The notes under the pieces were generated by a model, which worked only from the letters and a program-made list of their open reading frames with translations, had not been told where the DNA came from and made no database searches. This document shows, piece by piece, positions 57,466 to 64,000 of a stretch of 64,000 nt of DNA. Origin of the DNA: an uncultured Acidobacteriota bacterium (GTDB lineage Bacteria > Acidobacteriota > Thermoanaerobaculia > Multivoradales > JAHEKO01). Numbering within the stretch: the stretch's first letter is position 1; the number at the start of each line of letters is the position of its first letter. The DNA lies in assembly GCA_963713825.1 (NCBI GenBank), contig CAVQNG010000003.1, forward strand, positions 864,001 to 928,000, in the 5' to 3' direction. The translations under genes were made by a program, and so were the position numbers.

Positions 57466-59809
57466 GTTCCGTAGCGGCTTGCCCGTCTTCAGCATGTGGG
57501 CCATGCGGGCCTGTGACATCTCCTCCCCCGCCAGGCTGACGAAGACCTCTCGCTCCAGATCCAGCAGGTACTGCTCGTCGATCGGCTCTTTGCCGCCGCC
57601 GCGACTGCCGCCCGTCAGCACGTGGGCCAGCCCGTTGGCGATATGCGCGTCGTGCTTCGAAATCTTGCCAGCCAGCTTGTAGCCGGTAATGGCGCTCTTG
57701 ATGGCCAACTTGCCGCCGGTGCCGGGGAGCTTCAGCTCGGGGGGCTCCGGTGGCAGGTAGTCGTCGGTCGCCAGCGTCAGCACCACCTCTTTGGCCAGTC
57801 CGATCTGGTGATCACGAGACAGCACGATGAGGTTGTCCTCGCGAAGATAGCCGAGCTCTTTGGCCTCCTCGGCCGAGCCCGAGATCCTGGCGAAACCAAT
57901 GGTCTCGAAGGCCTTCTGAACGGGTGCCATGGGCCCCAGCTTGGCAGCCGGCATCTTCTCTAGAAAGTGTTCGAGAACCCGCAAGTTACCTCCGGCTCCA
58001 GGAATGAGCCCAACTCCCACCTCGACCGCGCCGCAGTAGAGCTCTGCAAGAGCGACGATCTGGCGGCAGGGAGCGATCATCTCGAAACCACCACCCAGGG
58101 TCAGGCTGAAGGGTGCGGCCACGACAGGGAAAGGCGCGTACTTGATGAACTGCCCGAGATCCTGGAAGGCCTTGGAGACCTGGTCGAGCACGTCGAACTG
58201 CTTGCTCCTGGCCAGCTCGAGAATCAGGGCCAGATTGGCGCCGGCACAGAAGTGGGTCCCCTGATGGGAGAGCACGAGACCCTTCATCCCTTCGCTCTGG
58301 GCTACTTGCAGGGACTGCTGCAGGATGTCCAGGATGCCGCCGTCGATGGGGTTGAGCTCCGGCTGCAGGGCGGAGTGGAACTCCACGCAACCCACACCGT
58401 CACCGAGATCGATCAGGGAGGCGCTCCAGTTGCGCAACAGCTCTCGCCCACGGGCTCTCTCGTCGGCCAGCACGATGACCCCGGGCTCCAAGGCCTGGGG
58501 TTGCAGGGCCTTGGAGTCGAGATCGAAGAACTGTGGTTCGCCAGCTTCGTCGCGCTCGTAGAAGGAAGTGGCGCCACTCGCGAGAAGGTCCTTCACGAAG
58601 GCGGGAATGGGCTTGCCTTCGTGCTTCATCCGGCCGAGCGGATTTCTCGACACCGATGGCGTCCCAGGTCTCGAACGGACCCATCTCCCAACCGAATCCC
58701 CAACGCATGGCGCGGTCGATCTCGACGATGTCGTCGGCGATCTCACCCACCCGGTTGGCGGCGTAGGCCAGCACACCGATGGTCAGCTCCCAGGCGAACT
58801 CGCCGGCCGCGTCGGGGTTGTAGACCAGGGCGTGGAGCTTCTTGCCCAGATCGGTGAACCGCCGGGCCACCCCGATGCCGTCCATGCGGGGCTTGGTCTT
58901 CGGGTTGTACTCGAACGTATTGAAGTCGAGGGCGAAGATGTCCTTGCCCTCTTTCTTGTAAAAGCCCTGGCCGCTCTTCTGACCGAGCCAACCTTCGTCC
59001 AGCATCTTTGCCACCAAGGGAGGAATCGAGAAGCTGCCCCGCGATTCGTCGTCGGGACATTGGTCGTAGGCTGTCTTGGCGACGAAGGCCAGCGTGTCGA
59101 GGCCGACCAGGTCGGCGGTGCGATAGGTGGCCGACTTGGGACGCCCCATCACCGGTCCGGTGATGGCGTCGACCTGCTCCACCGACAATCGCATCTCCTC
59201 GGTGAGCTTGAGCGCCAGCATCATGCCGTAGATACCGATGCGGTTGGCGATGAAGTTGGGCGTGTCCTTGGCCTCGACCACGCCCTTGCCCAGCTTCTCG
59301 CTCAGAAAGGTCTTCATCCCGGCGTAGATCTCGGGATCGGTATCGACTCCCGGCACGAGCTCCACGAGGCGCATGTAGCGCGGCGGGTTGAAGAAGTGCG
59401 TGATGAGGAAGCGCTTCTTCAAGCTCTCATCCATGGTCTCCACCAGACTTGCCAGCGGCAGGCCGGAGGTGTTCGAGCTCAGGATGGCTTCGGGATTGAG
59501 ATGAGCCTGGAGCTTGCCATAAAGATCGAGCTTCCAATCGAGCCGCTCGGCGATGGCTTCGATGACCCAGTCACACTCGGCCACCAGCGGCAGGTGCTCC
59601 TCGTAGTTGCAGGGCTTGATCTTCTTGGCGAAGCGCTTGTGATAGAAGGCCGCCGGCTTGGCTTTGAGCGCTCCGGCGATACCTTTCTCGCTCAGCTCCT
59701 GATTCAGATCGAACAGCAGCACATCGAAACCGGCACTGGCAAAAAAGGCGGCCAGCTGGCTTCCCATGACTCCTGCTCCGCAGACGCCAATGGTGCGAAT
59801 CTCCGACAT
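57463..59809 (-). CDS. fadN: 3-hydroxyacyl-CoA dehydrogenase/enoyl-CoA hydratase (FadN-like), frameshift near 58635
   Basis: GAGVMG, SSNTSG, HFFNPPRYM and DTPNFIANR; then, in a second frame, FCAGANL, LGGGFE, VEVGVGLIPGAGG and TGKPLRN. Confidence 0.9.
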
Positions 59810-59811
59810 CC

Positions 59812-60949
<1,138 letters not shown>

Positions 60950-60957
60950 CTCCTGAT

Positions 60958-62778
60958 CTAAAAGCGGTAGCTACCGTGGTCGTATAGGTCGTCGGTCAGG
61001 GTATGAATCTCCTCAACCGGATCGAAGGGCAGGTGGAGGAGCGCGAGCTCACGATCGATGGCCTCGAGCGCCCTCCGACTGGTCGGGTTACCGAAGAGTG
61101 TGGGTCGCAGCCGGTAGACGAGGCGCCAGACGTTTTCGGTATAGGAGGCCACGATCAATCTTCTAAGTGCCCGGAAGGTGCTGTCGGCAAGCACCTCGTC
61201 GCCCTGTTGCAGCATTCGATTGATCGCCGCGGACGCTGCGAAGTACTGGATCGCGAGATCGGCCAGGTCCTCACCGACGATCTGGGCATTGCGCAGATCC
61301 TGGCCGTACAGAGAGATGGCCTCGAAGAGACATATCGTGGTCAGGCGCCGACCCGCGTCTAGGGCCTCGAGCCCCCAGCCGAGTCCGCCGGAGCTCGGAG
61401 ACTGGGCCTTCTCCCAATCCCGGGCGGCATCTCGAAGCGGCAACTCCTCCATCAAGGCCTTGCGCAGGTAGTAGCCGTAGATCACCATGCGGTTGATCTC
61501 GTTGGTGCCCTCGAAAATGCGGTCGATCCGGGCGTCCCGATAGGCGCCCGCCATCGGATAGTCCTCAGAGTAGCCGTAGCCGCCGTAGATCTGCACTCCC
61601 TCGTCGGCGTGATAGGCCATCGTCTCCGAGCCGAGGATCTTGCTGATCGAGGCTTCGATGGCGTACTCCTCGAGCACCTTCATGATCTCTGCGGGATCGG
61701 CCTTCTTGTCGCCCAGCGTCGCGATGCGTTGATCGATCAAGCCCACGGTGCGGTAGATGGCCGCGTCGAGCATGTAGGTGCGCACCACCATCGATGCCAG
61801 CTTCTTGCGGATGGCCTCGAAGTAGGCGATGGGTTGGCCGAACTGGATCCGCTCGAGCGCGTACTGGGTCGCGTTCCCGATGACCAGCTTGCAGCCACCC
61901 AGGTCGGCGGCGCCCAGCTTGTAGCGGCCGATATTGAGTGCGTTGAGGGCGATCGGCATGCCGCCGCCCGGTTCGCCGAGGAGGTTCTCCTTCGGCACCA
62001 CGACACCGTCCAGGTTGAGCATGACGGTCGAGGAGCCCTTGATGCCGAGCTTGTGCTCCTCGGCCCCGGTGCTCAGGTTCTCGGCACCCCGTTCGACGAG
62101 AAAGGCCGTGACACCCGCACCTTCGAGATTGGCGAAGACGATGAAGAGATGGGCCCAGGCACCGTTGGTGATCCACATCTTGGTGCCGTTGAGGACAAAC
62201 GACTTGCCATCTTCGGTCAGCTTCGCTGTGGTTTTCAGAGCTGCCGCATCGGAGCCGCTGTCCGGCTCGGTCAGGGCGTAGGCTCCGAGGTATTCGACGG
62301 TGCCGAGCTTGGGCAGGTACTTCTTCTTCTGCTCCTCGGTGCCGAAGTAGGCGATCGGGATGGTGCCGATTCCGACGTGGCAGGAGAAGGTGACCACCCA
62401 GGAAGCCGAACCCCCGGTGGTCAGGGCCTCGACGACTAGTGCCGAGGTGGCTTTGTCGAGCTCCAACCCACCGTACTCTTCCGGGATGTCGATCGAGGTG
62501 AGCCCGAGCTCCCCGACCTCGCGCATGAGCTCCATGGTGAGCTCTTCGTTCGGCGCCTCGAGATCGTCCTTGACCTCGTCGATCCTCTGAGAGGCGAACT
62601 CGAGCACCATGCGCTCGATCTCCTGCTGCTCGTCTGAGAAGGCCTCTCGTGTGAAGATCGGCTGCACGACCGGGTCGAGCAGAAACGCCCCGCCTCTGGG
62701 TGGTCCCGCGGGCGCGGCCTCACCAGAAGCCTGGCTCATCTCCGGCTCGGCTTGAGTCCTGGGTTTCGACGTCGTCAT
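60958..62778 (-). CDS. fadE: Acyl-CoA dehydrogenase (FadE-like, long form)
   Basis: YALTEPDSGSDA, LNGTKMWITN, KLGIKGSST, QIYGGYGY and RIFEGTNEINR motifs. Confidence 0.93.
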   Translation of the reverse strand: MTTSKPRTQAEPEMSQASGEAAPAGPPRGGAFLLDPVVQPIFTREAFSDEQQEIERMVLEFASQRIDEVKDDLEAPNEELTMELMREVGELGLTSIDIPEEYGGLELDKATSALVVEALTTGGSASWVVTFSCHVGIGTIPIAYFGTEEQKKKYLPKLGTVEYLGAYALTEPDSGSDAAALKTTAKLTEDGKSFVLNGTKMWITNGAWAHLFIVFANLEGAGVTAFLVERGAENLSTGAEEHKLGIKGSSTVMLNLDGVVVPKENLLGEPGGGMPIALNALNIGRYKLGAADLGGCKLVIGNATQYALERIQFGQPIAYFEAIRKKLASMVVRTYMLDAAIYRTVGLIDQRIATLGDKKADPAEIMKVLEEYAIEASISKILGSETMAYHADEGVQIYGGYGYSEDYPMAGAYRDARIDRIFEGTNEINRMVIYGYYLRKALMEELPLRDAARDWEKAQSPSSGGLGWGLEALDAGRRLTTICLFEAISLYGQDLRNAQIVGEDLADLAIQYFAASAAINRMLQQGDEVLADSTFRALRRLIVASYTENVWRLVYRLRPTLFGNPTSRRALEAIDRELALLHLPFDPVEEIHTLTDDLYDHGSYRF

Positions 62779-63046
62779 GAGATCCCCTTTCCTCGAGAGC
62801 CCTGCGCTGCGATGCGGCAAGGCTCCGTGGGTGGTGCAATCGAAGTCCTGAAGCTACAAAGACACCCCAATTTGCGGTTCAACCGCCGCTTCGATCGTCA
62901 TCAGCGTGAGTGGCGACCGCGGTCGCGTTCTTACTACTTGAGCCGCGGTGCGTCAATCAGTATAGCAGTTTTTGCTGCACTGCGGCAGAGATCCTTCGAG
63001 GCTCGGGTTGTGGGACAATGGTGGCTAGCGGAAGGAGGTAGACCTC

Positions 63047-63523
63047 GTGAGACTGATAACCGCAGGAGACCTGATGAACCCAGAGGTTCTCACGGTGCGA
63101 GAGGACATGAGCGTGCGCGCCTTGGCGAGCTTCCTGGTGGACAACGAGATTACCGGAGCGCCGGTGGAGGATCTCTCCGGCAAGCTGGTCGGTGTCGTCT
63201 CTCTGGTGGATATCGCTTCGGTAGCTTCGGACTCCGGAGGCGTGGCGTCGGATCAGTCGAACCCGGACTTTTTCGTGCGGGGCTGGGAGGACAAGATCGA
63301 TCTGGAGGAGATGATCGACTTTCGCGTCGACAACGAGAATCTGAAGGTCGAGGAGATCATGACCCCCACGATCTACTCGGTGTCCGAAGACACCACCGTC
63401 TCGGATATCGCCACGATGATGCTGAAGGGTCACCTCCACAGGCTGTTGGTGACCCGCGACGAGAAACCTGTCGGCATCGTCTCCACCTCCGATTTGCTCG
63501 GGCTGCTTATCGAAGGCAAGTAG
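63047..63523 (+). CDS. CBS domain pair protein
   Basis: DLMN...ITGAPV...LVGVVS and EIMT...HRLLV...VGIVSTSD; GGAGG RBS. Confidence 0.88.
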   Translation: MRLITAGDLMNPEVLTVREDMSVRALASFLVDNEITGAPVEDLSGKLVGVVSLVDIASVASDSGGVASDQSNPDFFVRGWEDKIDLEEMIDFRVDNENLKVEEIMTPTIYSVSEDTTVSDIATMMLKGHLHRLLVTRDEKPVGIVSTSDLLGLLIEGK

Positions 63524-63547
63524 GCACCGCCCACCCACCCGCCCTGG

Positions 63548-63685
63548 GGGTTGAGGCGGCCGTCGTACCTCCGGCCGGCCTTTGAGGGCTTGGGGCTTGA
63601 AGTGGCCGGCGCCCCTGCCGGCCGTTCGTTGAAACAGTGAGAAGATAGCTTCGAGAAATGTAGGGGAGGGGCTTGCGCCCGCCCG
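63548..63685 (+). repeat. 46-bp unit doublet plus a GTAG REP
   Basis: Units at 63548 and 63594; GTAGGGGAGGGGCTTGCGCCCGCCCG at 63660-63685. Confidence 0.8.
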
Positions 63686-63704
63686 TGTGCGAGAGAAGGA
63701 TCCA

Positions 63705-64000
63705 ATGTCCACAATGGACCGCATCCCAGAGACAGACTTCGAGAAGCGGCTGCAGTTCGAAAGCCTGCTCGCCGACCTGACGGCGCGGTTCGTCAGCCTG
63801 CCACCGGCGAAAGTCCATGAGGAGATCGCCGTTGCGCTGCGTAAGCTCTGCGACTTCCTGGAAATCGATCGCTCGACGATCTGGGAGTTCGATGCCGAAG
63901 ATGAGGCTGCGGCCCAACTCAGGTATGCCTATCAGGTGAGTGAAGGGCCGCCCCTTCCAGAGGTAGCGAACGCGACCGACCTCTTCCCGTGGTTCAACAA
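63705..64000 (+). CDS. GAF-domain signalling protein, 5' part only (FhlA-like regulator or sensor kinase)
   Basis: Absent from the ORF track. AAGGA RBS, then MSTMDRIPETDFEKRLQFESLLADLTARFVSLPPAKVHEEIAVALRKLCDFLEIDRSTIWEF; open to the window end. Confidence 0.75.
   Translation, partial: MSTMDRIPETDFEKRLQFESLLADLTARFVSLPPAKVHEEIAVALRKLCDFLEIDRSTIWEFDAEDEAAAQLRYAYQVSEGPPLPEVANATDLFPWFN

Overview
High-GC bacterial chromosomal DNA with about 55 genes. It is probably from an Acidobacteriota-like organism, an inference from the kinase-TolB-propeller protein and the C-terminal IFxDGFESG motif. Core and metabolic genes: gap (truncated by the window edge), tsaD, a PPi-type PFK, a cysteine desulfurase, a complete rseC-rnfCDGEAB operon with convergent apbE, and a fadE-fadA-fadN beta-oxidation operon. 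Regulatory genes: two ECF sigma/anti-sigma pairs and a GAF histidine kinase with a NarL-type regulator. The most unusual elements are (i) a two-gene operon in which a glutamate-synthase FMN domain and a ThDP pyruvate-oxidase-like enzyme each carry their own N-terminal Rieske domain; (ii) a secreted 9-heme cytochrome c with an Ig-like domain and IFxDGFESG tail behind a perfect CRP/FNR-family box; (iii) an M20 amidohydrolase coupled to a tandem-GNAT/cNMP protein; and (iv) an island at about 46-57 kb with two divergent AraC/MBL-hydrolase modules, an FGly sulfatase, a beta-barrel and three VapBC pairs. Intergenic DNA carries GTAG-type REP hairpins, a 46-47 bp doublet repeat and 8-nt periodic repeats. 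Many frameshifts between 40 and 60 kb look like long-read indel errors. No rRNA, tRNA or CRISPR array was seen. All calls come from motif recognition by eye; no searches were run.
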